In this document: positions 27,569 to 39,666 of the stretch, piece by piece
How positions within the stretch are numbered: position 1 is the stretch's first letter
How the letters are laid out: each line of letters opens with the position of its first letter
DNA from: Lophium mytilinum
Taxonomy: Eukaryota
Assembly: GCA_010093605.1 (NCBI GenBank)
Contig: MU004187.1
Span: 124,001-188,000, forward strand
Length of the DNA: 64,000 bases
Reading direction: 5' to 3'
Notes under the pieces: model-generated
The model's database searches: none
The model's input: only the letters and a program-made list of their open reading frames with translations
Told to the model about the DNA's origin: nothing
Position numbers and translations under genes: made by a program

Positions 27569-28933
27569 CTACATTAGATACGTCAATTTCTCAAAATCCA
27601 TCAAGCTCCTCCTTTTCTTCAGTCTCCTCGTGGGCACCTTATCGCTGGTTGATCTGATTGATTCCCTATCGCTATCGGGACAGGGCGGTAGTTCGAGTGT
27701 TGGAGCCCGCTCATTAGCTCCCCTCGGCACTAGCTGCTTCTTCAATTGCTTCACTCGCTCCTCTCGCGCTCTTTCCCGTTGTTCCTCGAGCTCTAGCTCC
27801 CGTGTTAATGGCGGCAGCTCGAACATGGGCTCGCGCTCGTTGGCACCTCGGGCTACTAGCTTCACGCCTTTCTTCGGGCTAACAATTGGGGCCTTGGGAC
27901 CTGCGGAGATGGGCGTCATAGGCGTCAGTGGTGTCCTGGGTGTGATGGGGCTTTCTCCGATGATGCCCCATCCACCACCACTCACGCGCACGCGGTCTCT
28001 AGGCTCAACTTTCTTATATGTGGGGAGGACGGCGTTCTTTGCGAGCGAAAGGCCGCGCGACAGCGAGCGTAGACGCTTGTGCGGAGCGTTCTTGATAATA
28101 GGAGAAGCTGCGGAGGTCGAGTCTGTAGCGAATGGGTCCGAGCTCAGGAATGAGGGCGTTTGTGGTGTAAATGGGGAGGCCGTTGAGGGAGATGATATGG
28201 AAGGATTGGAGGCGAGCGTGGTAGTGATTCGAACGGAGCCACGCGAGGCTTGCGAGTATTGTGACGAGGAAGCCCTTGCAGTTTTGGGCCGATGTAGACT
28301 TTCATTTGAGACGGGCATGCTACTACGGGGAGATGAGGGCGAGGTCGATATGCGGAGGGCGCTCAGTTCGGGTGTGAAGCTTTTCCTCGGCGGCGGTCCA
28401 GATGCAGGGTTGTAGAGGGTTTTGCTGGGTGTTCCAGCTGAAAGTGAGAATCGTGGTGTTTGGTTCGCTAGATTTGCTTTGAATACGGCTGATAGGTCGA
28501 CCAGGGAGGCTGAACGGCCTGAACGCTGCCTCATAGGCGGAGAAAGGTTGGTCATGTCAACAATCTTGGGACGACCTGCAGACACATATGACACCACAAC
28601 GGCCATGTCGCAGGCCTTGGCCTTGTTGGAGCCGGGCATTGCTACTGCTTTTGCCGACACACAGTCAGCGCCCTCGAACACAACATCATCTTCATCGAAA
28701 AAGTCTTCCATGGGCGAGAGATCCTCTTCTGACGACAAGTAGCGGTCCTGGTAGAAGCTCTCGGGGCGATCCGATTCGTCGGGGCTTTGAGTAGTAGCGG
28801 TAGGCGGTATTTTCACAGCTTCAGTGTCGTACAGGTCCGGGGAGGTTGCAGCACTGTCGGAACGATCTGGACGGGCGGCGGCTTTCTGAAAGGTCCATTG
28901 CTGGAGCTGGGTCGGAGCTTGAACGTCGACCAT
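27569..28933 (-). CDS. Hypothetical Ser/Pro-rich disordered protein with duplicated LVxRGANERxP motif
   Basis: 454-aa ORF with accATG start. Short conserved-looking motifs (RYLSSEEDLSP, YVSAGRPKIVD) sit within low-complexity sequence. Confidence 0.8.
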   Translation of the reverse strand: MVDVQAPTQLQQWTFQKAAARPDRSDSAATSPDLYDTEAVKIPPTATTQSPDESDRPESFYQDRYLSSEEDLSPMEDFFDEDDVVFEGADCVSAKAVAMPGSNKAKACDMAVVVSYVSAGRPKIVDMTNLSPPMRQRSGRSASLVDLSAVFKANLANQTPRFSLSAGTPSKTLYNPASGPPPRKSFTPELSALRISTSPSSPRSSMPVSNESLHRPKTARASSSQYSQASRGSVRITTTLASNPSISSPSTASPFTPQTPSFLSSDPFATDSTSAASPIIKNAPHKRLRSLSRGLSLAKNAVLPTYKKVEPRDRVRVSGGGWGIIGESPITPRTPLTPMTPISAGPKAPIVSPKKGVKLVARGANEREPMFELPPLTRELELEEQRERAREERVKQLKKQLVPRGANERAPTLELPPCPDSDRESIRSTSDKVPTRRLKKRRSLMDFEKLTYLM

Positions 28934-31900
28934 GGTTGCGGAAATGCGAGAAAGAGAGAATGGCTAGGCGCGGGCGGAGAATTGGGGGGAGCAGCGGTAG
29001 TTATGCGGGTGATGGCTTTGGGGCTGCAGACATGAAACAAAGACACAGCGCGGGCGGCTTGCGTTGGCTGGCAGTGGTGGCTGAAAGAGAGCGACGAGAC
29101 GGTGCAACCGTCAAGAGAAGGGAGTCAATTGAAAAGAGAGAGATGGTGCAGAATCGAAGGCAGAGAGGAGGGCGTAGGGGCCCAGTGCGTTTTAGAGCAA
29201 TATCCGATGCGGTCCAAAATATATTATGGGCAAACGACCATACGCTGGCTTGGCAGATAGATGTCCGGGGACCAGCAGTTTCAAGTACAACGGGCTGGGT
29301 CGGTGTGGGCCCTCGAGACTGCTTTGACGCGCAGTCCGTAGCGGGAGCCACTATACAGGAAGGCGGACATGGGCATCACGCCGCGAAAGGAAGATTGACA
29401 CAGACCAACCCGTCCGGGGTGCTGGAGGGTGTGGACCGGGCAGGGTGTGAGGGCCGCGCTCGGGATTGGTGAGCTTTTCAGCATCGGCGGCACGGCTGGC
29501 CGAGTGTGCTTTGGAAGCGACCTGCCGTTCTCCGGCTCTTTCGAGCTCAGCGTTGTGGCGTGGCGACGGCTGCTGGAGGTGCATGGCTGCATGGTGTTGC
29601 AGCGAGCGGTGAAGCAGAGGACAAACGACGGGCCCCGATTGGCATCGCGACGACGCCCAGGGGCAGAGGCTTGAGAGGCACAGCGGAGACTAACGTTGAT
29701 ACGAGCCTCCAATCCGAGAGCTCTCTGGCCTGACTTCTGGGGCGCTTTCACGCCGGCCAAACCGCCTCCAAGCAGCTAGCACCCGTGCCGTTAGCGATAC
29801 GGCTGCGTTTCATCTCTATCAAAACTCCCTAGCCAGTGTCCCGCGGGACCATGATCGAGACCTTTTGCCTGGAAGCTGCAGCTATTCTTGCCCTCGGGTC
29901 TGGCTCCAGCTCCAGCAACACCAGCCCTCGGAGCCGGGTCGTCAGCGAGTGCGATGTGAGAGTACAAAACGCTGTGTCTCTGTCATCAGAAGTCGTGCTG
30001 GGACCCGACTCACCACCCAAGACCTCGACCTCTCCCTTGCGCCATAAGCACATGGCACACCTGCATTTTCCACGACGCACAGTCTCTAGCGGGCCAGCAC
30101 AGTCGGGCTCGCTTCCCACCGCAGCACATCGACGCCCGTCGCTTGCCGCTCCCGGGATAGCCTCATTTCAAGCACGACTCGCACTGTGGACGCCGCCCCG
30201 CTCGTCAAGGGCATCGCGAACGTGCGGGCTCCCTTTCCCATGCATGCGGCATGCCACGAGCGCCGCCCGTTTCAATCCGTTGAAGAAGATCCTCCTGAAC
30301 ATCTGAATATCGCACTGACAGCAGCATCCGGTCTCAGCTGCTGCCGTGACGTTGGTGACACCTCCACACGCACCCGTAGACGGTACAAGCGAACCGAACA
30401 GGTGCCACAGGGCTCAGACTGCCTCATTCATTCCCGATGACGCTCCTTCACCACCAGCTTACTTCCTGTGCCTCTCTCCAACTCCCGACGCCGCGTCCTC
30501 CTGTACGTCGTGTCCATTGACTTACCACGCCGGCTTACCACGTCCCGTCCGATCCGTTCTCACCCACCATAGTCTTCATCTACCGGCCCTCTTGTACCAC
30601 CGACTCCCCGTTGATAATCCAGCATCATCCACACCGTATATGCCTTACTAATGCCTTCAGTATAGAGACGGCAGTCCGAGACGATGATGCTTGATTCCTC
30701 TCTCCATCGCCACTCCATCGCCAACTCCGTGGTGGTGATCCATGATGCAATCTGATGCCAAGACTCCGCTTCCCTCCAGACAACCCACGGCATCCCTACT
30801 TGCGATGCCTGCACCAACACGATAACCTCGTCATCGTCATGTGAGCTCGTGATAATCGAGCTTGTGATGCTTCGTCTCATTCAAACTTCTCCAATGGCGT
30901 GAAAATCTACGGGGTTAGATTTTTGTCCACCTTTCCCGTAAACCGTTCAATCTGTCAATCCTCCAGGCCCATATGGAGTACTTGTTACTATTCTAGGACT
31001 TTGTATATGTATTGTACCTTCTTCGTGGAGGAATTCTTCTACATTCTCAATTCCACCTTCAACTCAACAAGGTAGCCAGAGTACTAGCGAATCACGAAAT
31101 TCACAATTCTCGAGTCCTAGGCCCTCTCTCCATCGACTTCGCTCCGCCCAAGCATCAAAGAATCATGTAAGTGCTTATGACTAGCACTCATTGGATTGTT
31201 CAAATGTTGCGCACGAAAAGTTCTCCCGATTCATCTCATTCGGTCACCGAAGTCTGTCTCCTAATTTTCCGAACCATCCAAATTGCGCGTGACCCACCAC
31301 GCCACCAACCTCGATGAGATCGCGCCTCAGTCCCGCAGGAGCGCTGGCCCCCACAAAAATCCTCCCGCTGTTCTGATACATAGGCCTTTTCCAGAAACAT
31401 GATCTCCGCCCAGATTCTCTAGATGTTATACGCTCTCATTACACGCCTATTTACGAGCGTCAATACTCTTTTAAGCACATACACGAATACATACACAAAG
31501 CGGTCCCTCCTCTCCGAAGCCATTCATTTAGCTTATCTAAATTGGACTGTTTACATCCTGAAACAACCTACAGGGGTGCAAGGCCCGCGTAAGCAAACTT
31601 TATTTCAATGAGAAGGCTCACCCCAAGCAAGCCCAACCACCTCGTTCCTAGGACAGATCTCCCGTCCGCGTAGGATTTGATGTAAACACTACCTAGCAGA
31701 AAGCGTACGTACTTGCGTGATTGCTTGCTCCTAGGGTGATCCATCTAGATGAGATGAGGGTCCAGCAGGGGTGGTACCGAGCGGCCGGCATACAGAGAGG
31801 AAGGATCCTGGAATAATAACAACCAGCAAACGCTGCAGCCGCTGTAGAACTCTTATCAGTTCGCGCTACTGCGAACGATGTTGGTGGCTTGGAAGCTGGT

Positions 31901-33141
31901 CGTCACGTGTTGGGGCATCTAGCCAAATAGCCTCGCGACGCGTCTTGCATAATCAAAGCAGACGGTCTACATGTCTTTAACTTCTTACTGACCACTGGTT
32001 ATAGTGGTGTACTAGAATTTGAACAACTTCTGAAAAGCATCACCTCCGTCTGAATGATAATCCCGTCTCGCTGATGCTCGTGCTAACGTCATCATTCTCT
32101 TTCAAACATTGTAATTGTACTTCTGATTAGGCACCGAACTTCTGATGAATTGCTGTACACAGAGCAGACTAGCGACCCAGTCTAACTCCCATGGATTGTA
32201 ACATCGGTCACTGTGTAAACCGCATTATCAGTCTTGTGACTTCGTGAAACCGCCCGTAGTGCCCCTGACTAACGCGATGCTGAGGAGCTGGAAGCGATAG
32301 AGGAATGCCGTGGTGACAAAAAGGTCTGATCCAGACCAGCTGATGACGATATCTGCGGCGCCCTAGTAGACCAGGGGGGTTTTCCAGTGTTTTGCTACAG
32401 TGGATGATGACAGAGGCGTGGAGAAGAGAAGGCTACTACTACCACTAGTATTGGAAGGCTACAATTGCCACTGGCATTGGAAGGCTACTCAACGCAGCTA
32501 ATGTAGGGAACCTGTTTTCACCTTTGCTTAGACCACGCTCCCTTAATATGGCCCTTCTGCGCCTTTTGGAAGTCTTAAGAAACAGAGTCCGATATGAGTT
32601 ATGCCCTAGCACATACCTGATTCTATGGTATCTGGGTTCTTATGAAAATCATTCGGATAGACAATCCCCCCCTTTCTCTAGCGTGGAACACCCCTTGCTT
32701 TCACGGTGATTGGGTCACAGAGCACAGATCAGAGTGTTTGGTTAATAAAGGTTTTTTCTTCGCTATCTCGGGCCTATCGAAGCTACTGGGAGTAATCTTC
32801 CACGTGATGTACTGGCCACTAGAGTTGTCGTGCGCGACTTCCGACGAGTGGAGGGTCTGACAACGGTTTCTACCGGACTCCGTCGTTTGGTGTTGACGAC
32901 AGAATCGGCGGCAAGTACCCATGGGGACTCTGGGGATCCAAAGAGGAAATGGGGACTGCACCATATGCCCTCGATTCATTCGGAGCATTGGCATAATTCC
33001 CGTTCGTTGTAACCAGGGGTCGAATTGCCCCTCGTCCAGAGCGGCGGAGACTTCCAGAATGCCACTCTATGCCCCGTCTAGCTGTGCGCTGCCGCGGTTT
33101 TGCGTTGATATAATGTGAATCTGATGAATTTCCTCCCTCCT

Positions 33142-33924
33142 TCAGCGAACAGACTTCCGTCCGCGAGGCTCCCTCTTCCTCTTTTTGTTCACCGTCTCCA
33201 AGATGATGCCGTTCTCCTTCGCCTCCTTCCTCCGCTGTGCCTCCTTCACAGCAGCTTTAGCGGATATCCCCTTCCGGTGCGACATAGGCATGCTCTCCTG
33301 CGTCAAAATCGAAGTCTTGGAGCCAAGGCTCTGCAGCCGAAGATCTATAGCTTTATGGCGGTTTGAACCCGAGAGCGTGAGCGACTGCGTTGCATTCGAG
33401 GTATCGAGAAGGTGAGATTCGCGGAGGAGACGTTGGAGGGCGAGATCGTTCTTGAGGTTACCGGCTTCGGTGTCTGCATCGGCTGGTTCCACGACCTGGG
33501 GTTTGGGTTTTGGCGCAGCTGATAAGGATGGAGGTTTTGAGGACTATAAAGATATCATTAGGGAAATGCGCTATACACGGGCAATATGTCGTACTAGAAA
33601 CGCCTTTGCTTCCTCTTTCGCGCGACCGTCCCTCTCGTGCTTGACGACGACGTGCTCCACGACTTCGATCTGTTCTTCTTCCTCAGGCTCAATTCCGTCC
33701 CATGAATCCTCGTCTCCGTCTTCTAGCTCTTCAGCAGGCTCCGGGAGCTTGTGTTTCTGAGTCTTTGGGGCTAGTGGTTTGAATTTGGCCTCAAAAGCTC
33801 GCTTGAAGATAGCTTGGAGGTCCTCTGCGTTGGAGGAATCGGATAAGTCTGGGGATTGAGAATCTTGCTCGAGCTCTGTACGCGAGACCCGCCTTCGTTT
33901 CCGTTCTCTTTCTGTAGGAGCCAT
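33142..33924 (-). CDS. FAF1: Pre-rRNA processing / 40S assembly factor Faf1 (DUF4602)
   Basis: LQAIFKRAFEAKFKPL, NLKNDLALQRLLRESHLL, NRHKAIDLRLQSLG and MPMSHRKGI...RRKEAKENGIILE. Intron 33594-33544. Confidence 0.85.
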
Positions 33925-34229
33925 TGTGGGGTTCGTGGGTGTAGTATAGGCCTGGAACTGTCTTTTGCTAACGCGTCGAGCGTGGAGGACGTTCAAACTG
34001 TTTTTCTTACTTTTCCTCTGGATGTCTAACAGTTTATCAAAGCATTTGAGAGTATACTGACGGTGAAGTGAGGTCCAAGTCGACAATAGAAATTATTGCG
34101 GGCCGAGGTTCCCCCGCGGTGCACGGGCCATATAACTTTTTCTCGACCTCACTTTCCTTCGTGAGAACCAAGACTCCTTCCTCCATCACTCCATCACCAA
34201 CGCTCCTTCAGGGCTTGAATCCGGGAACG

Positions 34230-35951
34230 ATGGCCGAAGATCGAGGTCGTAATTCTGCCAGCAGGGGCGATGGTCCCCGATCGAACGATCAGAAGCGAAA
34301 GAGACAGCATTCGCCCTCGCATTCATCCTACCATAAAAAGTCTCGCAACGACGACAATCCCTATGCTCTTGCTTCGTACGCTCGCTCAATAGCGCAAAAC
34401 TCTCCGCCTCCCAAAGCTCGCCGTGGAGAATTCCGCGAAACTTTTGATAGAAAACGCCATTCGCATGATCGCCAGAGGGGCCAACCAAAGAAGATGGCTC
34501 GTGACCCTGATCCATACAACAAGGAACAGATTCGAGCGCCTCACAGTTCCAATATTTTCCTCCAGGTGATGCTCGAGGAGATCATCGATGGAGAAGCAGG
34601 GCTAGACTCTAACCAAAGCGATGCTGTGGAACAAGCCAAAGCTTTATATACGACGCTCTTCCACCGTCGAAAACCGTTCCAATCAACCGCGTTGGCTGAA
34701 CTTGAGAAGGTCGCACCAGCTCAAACCCCTTATCCCTATATCCAACCTTACCGCAACAACCGTCCGGGATTGCACGCCGTATCCACTAATCTGCCCCCGC
34801 TTCCACCGATCAAGGAGTACCACCTCGAGTTCGCCGCCTTCCGACACGTCTCTCTGGGCACAGGCGGAGTCCCCGGTGTCAACGTCAGGAAGGAGGAGAT
34901 GTCGTATGAAGCACTCGAGTTCCTCGGAGATGCCTATATCGAGACCATGGCCTCACGTGTTGTATACAGCCGCTTCCCCCACCTCTCGGCCGGCCAGCAA
35001 TCACAGCTGCGCGAGCTAATGGTGAGAAACGACACCTTGGCCAGCTACTCGCGCGCCTACGGCTTCGACGAGCGCATTATGCGAGCAGATATCGATAAGG
35101 CCGGCGAGAAGAAGTGGCTCAAGATCCACGCGGATGTGTTCGAGGCGTACGTCGCCGCTGTCGTCGAGGCAGACCCTGAAAACGGCTTCCGGATCGCACA
35201 GGAATGGCTGACGGCGTTGTGGGCACCGCTGCTGGTGAAAGGCGCAAACCAACCGATCAATACGAGCTTAGCGGACGCAAAGTCGGAGTTGACGAAGCTC
35301 GTTCTGTACAAGAATGTCAAGCTTGAGTACAAGGATGTTCGAGATATGGAGAAGACTAGAGGCATTCAAAAGTTTTTCATAGGCGTGTTTCTCACCGGGT
35401 GGGGGTTTGAGAATGAGCTGCTTGGGACAGGTACTGGCCAGAACAAAGTGGAAGCCGGGGCCGCAGCTGCTGCCGACGCGTTGAAGAATAATAAGACTGT
35501 TCTCCCGAAGGCTATTGAGAGGAAGAAGGACCATCTTGCGACTCGTCAGTACCACCTGCAAACCGCAAGTGGCGACTCCAATAGCACCGAACCCGGCGTC
35601 AAGGACATGGAAGTCAAACTGGCAGAAGGAGCTGAGAAGACTGAGAACAAACCCAAGCACGAGGTAGATGAGGATGCAAAGGCCGAGAAAGCCGCCCAGA
35701 TTCAAGAGAGCGTCAAAGTCGACAACGCCGAAGTCGAGAAGCTCGCCAACGTCGAAGAACTTGAGCAGAAGGAGACCATCACGGTCAATGACGCGGCCAA
35801 AGCTGAGATCAAAGTAGAGGGTGAGCCCAAGAAGAATAGGAAGCAGCTACGGCACGAGGCTCGAGCTGCCGAAATGCTTGAGAAGCAAGAGAAGTGGCGC
35901 GAAGCGAAAGAGGCACGGGAAGCGAAATCTCGGGAGGCATCCAAAGACTGA
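34230..35951 (+). CDS. RNT1: Ribonuclease III (Rnt1/Pac1 type) with C-terminal dsRBD
   Basis: RNase III signature YEALEFLGDAY and second motif ADVFEAYVAAV. dsRBD AKSELTKLV...GTGQNKVEAGAAAAADAL. First ATG at 34230. Confidence 0.9.
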   Translation: MAEDRGRNSASRGDGPRSNDQKRKRQHSPSHSSYHKKSRNDDNPYALASYARSIAQNSPPPKARRGEFRETFDRKRHSHDRQRGQPKKMARDPDPYNKEQIRAPHSSNIFLQVMLEEIIDGEAGLDSNQSDAVEQAKALYTTLFHRRKPFQSTALAELEKVAPAQTPYPYIQPYRNNRPGLHAVSTNLPPLPPIKEYHLEFAAFRHVSLGTGGVPGVNVRKEEMSYEALEFLGDAYIETMASRVVYSRFPHLSAGQQSQLRELMVRNDTLASYSRAYGFDERIMRADIDKAGEKKWLKIHADVFEAYVAAVVEADPENGFRIAQEWLTALWAPLLVKGANQPINTSLADAKSELTKLVLYKNVKLEYKDVRDMEKTRGIQKFFIGVFLTGWGFENELLGTGTGQNKVEAGAAAAADALKNNKTVLPKAIERKKDHLATRQYHLQTASGDSNSTEPGVKDMEVKLAEGAEKTENKPKHEVDEDAKAEKAAQIQESVKVDNAEVEKLANVEELEQKETITVNDAAKAEIKVEGEPKKNRKQLRHEARAAEMLEKQEKWREAKEAREAKSREASKD

Positions 35952-36623
35952 GGCGTGAGCGTTGAGTACTGAGTACTGAGTATTGGAGTTCATATCATCC
36001 ATACCATGACCAAAATGTGAATACACTAGCACACCTTTCTGGAAACCCCCCTCGTGATCGCTTTGAAAGTGCACTTGAGGTCGTTATTTGCCATGCCTAT
36101 GAAATTCCTCCAATCACCATCTTGAGCAAATTGTAAATTCGCTACTCGAGGCAGGAGGTAACAATATAGAAGCACAGGTCCAAGACCGATCTAGCAGTAT
36201 TCTTTTTTTCCATCTCACACACATCTTCACCAACCAAAGTAAACGTAGATTAGATAAATATATAAATTTGATTCAACTTCGTCTCTCAGACGACTATCTA
36301 GCTATCTGACCATGGCAGCATTATCACTCTCCACCGCGCGGCTCAGCGTTCTCCCCCAAAACGACGAAGCGGTCCGCAACCAATCTCAAAAAAAGGGTAT
36401 ATCGCGCGTCATCAAAATCCCAAACCCCGCGTACCCAAGCTCATCTTTACTTCACCAAGGGGAGAGTATGCAACCAATCTGATCTGTAGACCCCCAAAAA
36501 ACGCCACGCCAAAATTGAGGTTAAGCTATGCAATGCAACTTGACAAAGGAAAATCACTGTCCACCGATAGATATGAAAAAAGATAGGAGATGAGCGTGTG
36601 GATTCGTAATCAACGTGGAAGGT

Positions 36624-39182
36624 CTACTGCTCCCGCAACGAGTCCCGCAGCGCCTCTTCGTCTATATTCGTGACCACCACTCTCACAGGCGTCGCCTGTG
36701 CGGGAGCGAAGAAGCCTAGAAGAGGGCCGGATTGGTTGATCCCGGGCGGTCGCAGTTTCATGACCAGTGGGTCGACTGGCGGTTTGGGTGTCTGAGCTGC
36801 GGCTGTTGGTGCTGGTTGGTCTTGCGAGGTTGGTCTCGACGTGTCTTTCGTGACTGGGACAGCAGGTTTGGCGGCTGGCGTAGAAGAGTCGCGCGATGAG
36901 GGCGGAGAAGAAGTCGCGGGCGTAGATCCCCATTTGCCGAATACCCAGCCGCCCATTCTCTTGCCGAGCGTGTCCTTGCTCGGCTTAGCTCGCAAGCTGC
37001 CGCGCTGGTCAGCAGCCGTGCCGTACAGAAGCGACCGGTTGAAGGTGTGACTGTCTAGGCCTTGGCGAGACATGCTAGCTCTTGTCGCTGTTGCGGTCAT
37101 TGCACTCAACACAGGCTTGCTGGAGGTCATCGAGGTAGAAGGCGAGGCGAAGCGAGGACTGTTTAGCAGCAGGAGCTGCGAAGGATGGGATCTGAGGGTG
37201 TGGATGTCCATTCCAGAAACGGAAATCATGGATTCGTGAGATGCGTGGCGTCGTAACCCACGGCGAGACTGCATGTTCGCGTAGATGTCCTCAGTGCTGA
37301 TATCGGTTGACGGTGTTTCCGTGGATATCGACTGGCCGTCTGACGCATCTTCGTTTTCTTCAGGTATCGTAGGATGACCTGAAGGCGAGAGATACATCTC
37401 TTCGATATCAAGTGGGGTCTCTGAGTGACGGTCGTCAGAGTTCAGTTCTGTGACTGTGGCAGTGACTAGTGTCGACTTGCTCTGGATGGTATTCGGCATG
37501 GAAGCGCTACGGAGCCCACCGAGCAACGGCGGTTTAAGGCTGTTGGAGCCTCTTCGAGAATGTTTGTATAAAGCAGTGTCAAGCTTGCCAGTAAATTCAT
37601 GGGGGCCATTGGACGGGAGGAACATAGGAGATCCCGGATCGTTGCTTTCCGGGCTAGTAGGGCGAGAAGAGTCAAACGCAGCATCGCTAAATACGCGGTC
37701 GAAGATTGAGGACGCTCTTTGAGAGTTCGAAGTGGGTGAGTTGGGCACCGAGGAGAACGTAGTTGATGCGGTAGTTTGGTTTGACTGGATAGACCAGCGG
37801 TGCGACCGGTTCGGTATTGTGACAGAGGTCTGTGATAGGATAGCAGCAGAAGAGGATGCGGGAGTGGCGGTCTTTGCCGGATAATGTCTTTCGTTCGGTC
37901 TAGACATGGAGTTGTTTCGGGAGTGCGAAGGAGGGGTGAAGTGTCCAGAAGTGATGACATTTCTGCCCTTCCTCTTGACACGGCGAGGTGCCTGTGTTCT
38001 TGCTTTCGATGGTTCTTCCTTTGGCGGTGCAGGAGCATGATAATGATGGTGGACATGGAGCTCTTGGTTGACGACTGGCTGGCTACCGGCTGGCTGGTTG
38101 ACGGGTGGTTCGAAGCCTAGTTCTTTCTGGAGCGTAGGCGTACCGGCATAGCTTTGATTGGGGGATATGGGCTGGTGGAACTGGAGCTGCTCCCTGAGTC
38201 GCTCTACTTCTTCGTTCGAGTTGAGTAGCATCTCCCTTAGCTCCACGATCCCCATCTGCAGATTCGCGTTGTCTTGGAGGATGTCTTTGACGAAATGCGA
38301 AACTACGTTGCTTCCAGTCGTTTTAGCCGCGGCGGCTCCTTTCAATCTTCCAGCAGCATTCTGCAGCTCTTTTTCCACAGCTCTTCGTCTCTCTATGCGT
38401 GCAACGACTTCGACATGCCGCTCCCTCTCTTCCCTTGACTCCTTTTCAATTCGATCGATTTGGTCCTGTAGGCTGAATATCATCCTCTCAGCCGTTCTCC
38501 AGCGCTGTACTGCCGATCTTTCATCCTCTTTCGTGTTGGTGAGCGTCTCGTGAAGCTGCCCCTGTTCTCTCTCCAAAAGCGCCAGCTCATTCTCCAAAGC
38601 CTCCGTCCGCGCAGCCAGGATAGAGACGCGCGCCAGCTCCGCCTGAGTAGCTTCCAGGGTAACTTCCAGGTTTTTGATTTGCGCATTCGACTCCGATACC
38701 GTGTCATTCAGGTAGCCGAGCTGCTCCAACAGGTCGTGATTCTCCTCAGCTGCCCTCAGGTTCTTAGCCTCCAGATCGCGCTTATCCTGCTCCAGCGCCT
38801 CGATCGTAGCCGTCATGCGTAGGCGCTCCTGTTCCGAGTCGAGTATGTAGGCCTCGTGTCGCACCAGCAAGGCCTGCAGCGCAAATGTCAGCGACATGGC
38901 GAAGTATTAAAAAATATGAGAAGCTGTTCGTCGTGAAAGCTGTGCCATGAGGCAGTGCAAATCATGAGTGGTGCAGGATGAGTCGAGCACTGTGACTGAA
39001 GAGATGGTTGAAAAAATGCAGGTGCATACCTGGCCGAGCTGGGCAGCTGTAGAGACATCGCGTTCGAGTCCTTCCAGAAGCGTGCCGGTATGGGCTAGGA
39101 AGGGGCAGTCGGTTCTACCGCAGCAACACTGAGGAATGTGTTGGATGCGTGTCTCGTCGGGCGGGGTCAAGGGCACCTCCAT
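36624..39182 (-). CDS. Conserved fungal coiled-coil protein of unknown function (N-terminal CCCG motif)
   Basis: Exon 1 CCCGRTDCPFLAH...LERDVSTAAQLGQ, intron 39029-38874, long coiled coil, VVSHFVKDILQDNANLQMGIVELREML and ELHVHHHYH. Confidence 0.85.
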
Positions 39183-39666
39183 GGCGGCGGAGGCGTACCA
39201 GCGGAATAGCGGAGCGTGCTGCGGATGTAAGACTATGCATATCTTGGTTTGCGGGTGTTAGGAAAGCATAGAGATGGTGAAAGTGTAGATAGAGATTGCG
39301 GGAGGTGGGTATGGTGTTGTTTCCGGGTTGCGCGTGTCGGCAAAGCAGGGAAACTTGGTTCCTTGCAGTCGATCTAGCCGTGCCGTCTCGAGGGTTGCCC
39401 TGCATCACCAGCCACCGAACAACTGTATGACTGTGTCACCTGACTGGTTCACGCGTAGCTGCAGGTCACTAGGAGTAGATATTATGGTTTCATTGGTTCT
39501 CGTTATGCAGCTCTTGTTTGGTATCTACCAGCCTAGCCAGGCCCTGAAGTAGTGTACACGCAAAACCAACCTCCCGATTTTTGTCCACCACTGGAAGAGG
39601 AACGCCATGATATGCAGTAGTCCGTCCCTCGTCATCATGCATGCAGCACGCAGCAAAGCCCAGCCA

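Noticed and set aside
32040..32420. Several TGATGA/CTGA words suggesting C/D snoRNAs
   Set aside because: I could not identify terminal stems or rRNA-complementary guides with correct box spacing.
34068..34229. N-terminal extension of RNase III from the GTG at 34068
   Set aside because: It falls in the short FAF1/RNT1 promoter and reads like UTR. ATG 34230 has a good context.
35962..35982. (TGAGTAC)x3 downstream of the RNase III stop
   Set aside because: Short slippage repeat with no evidence of function.
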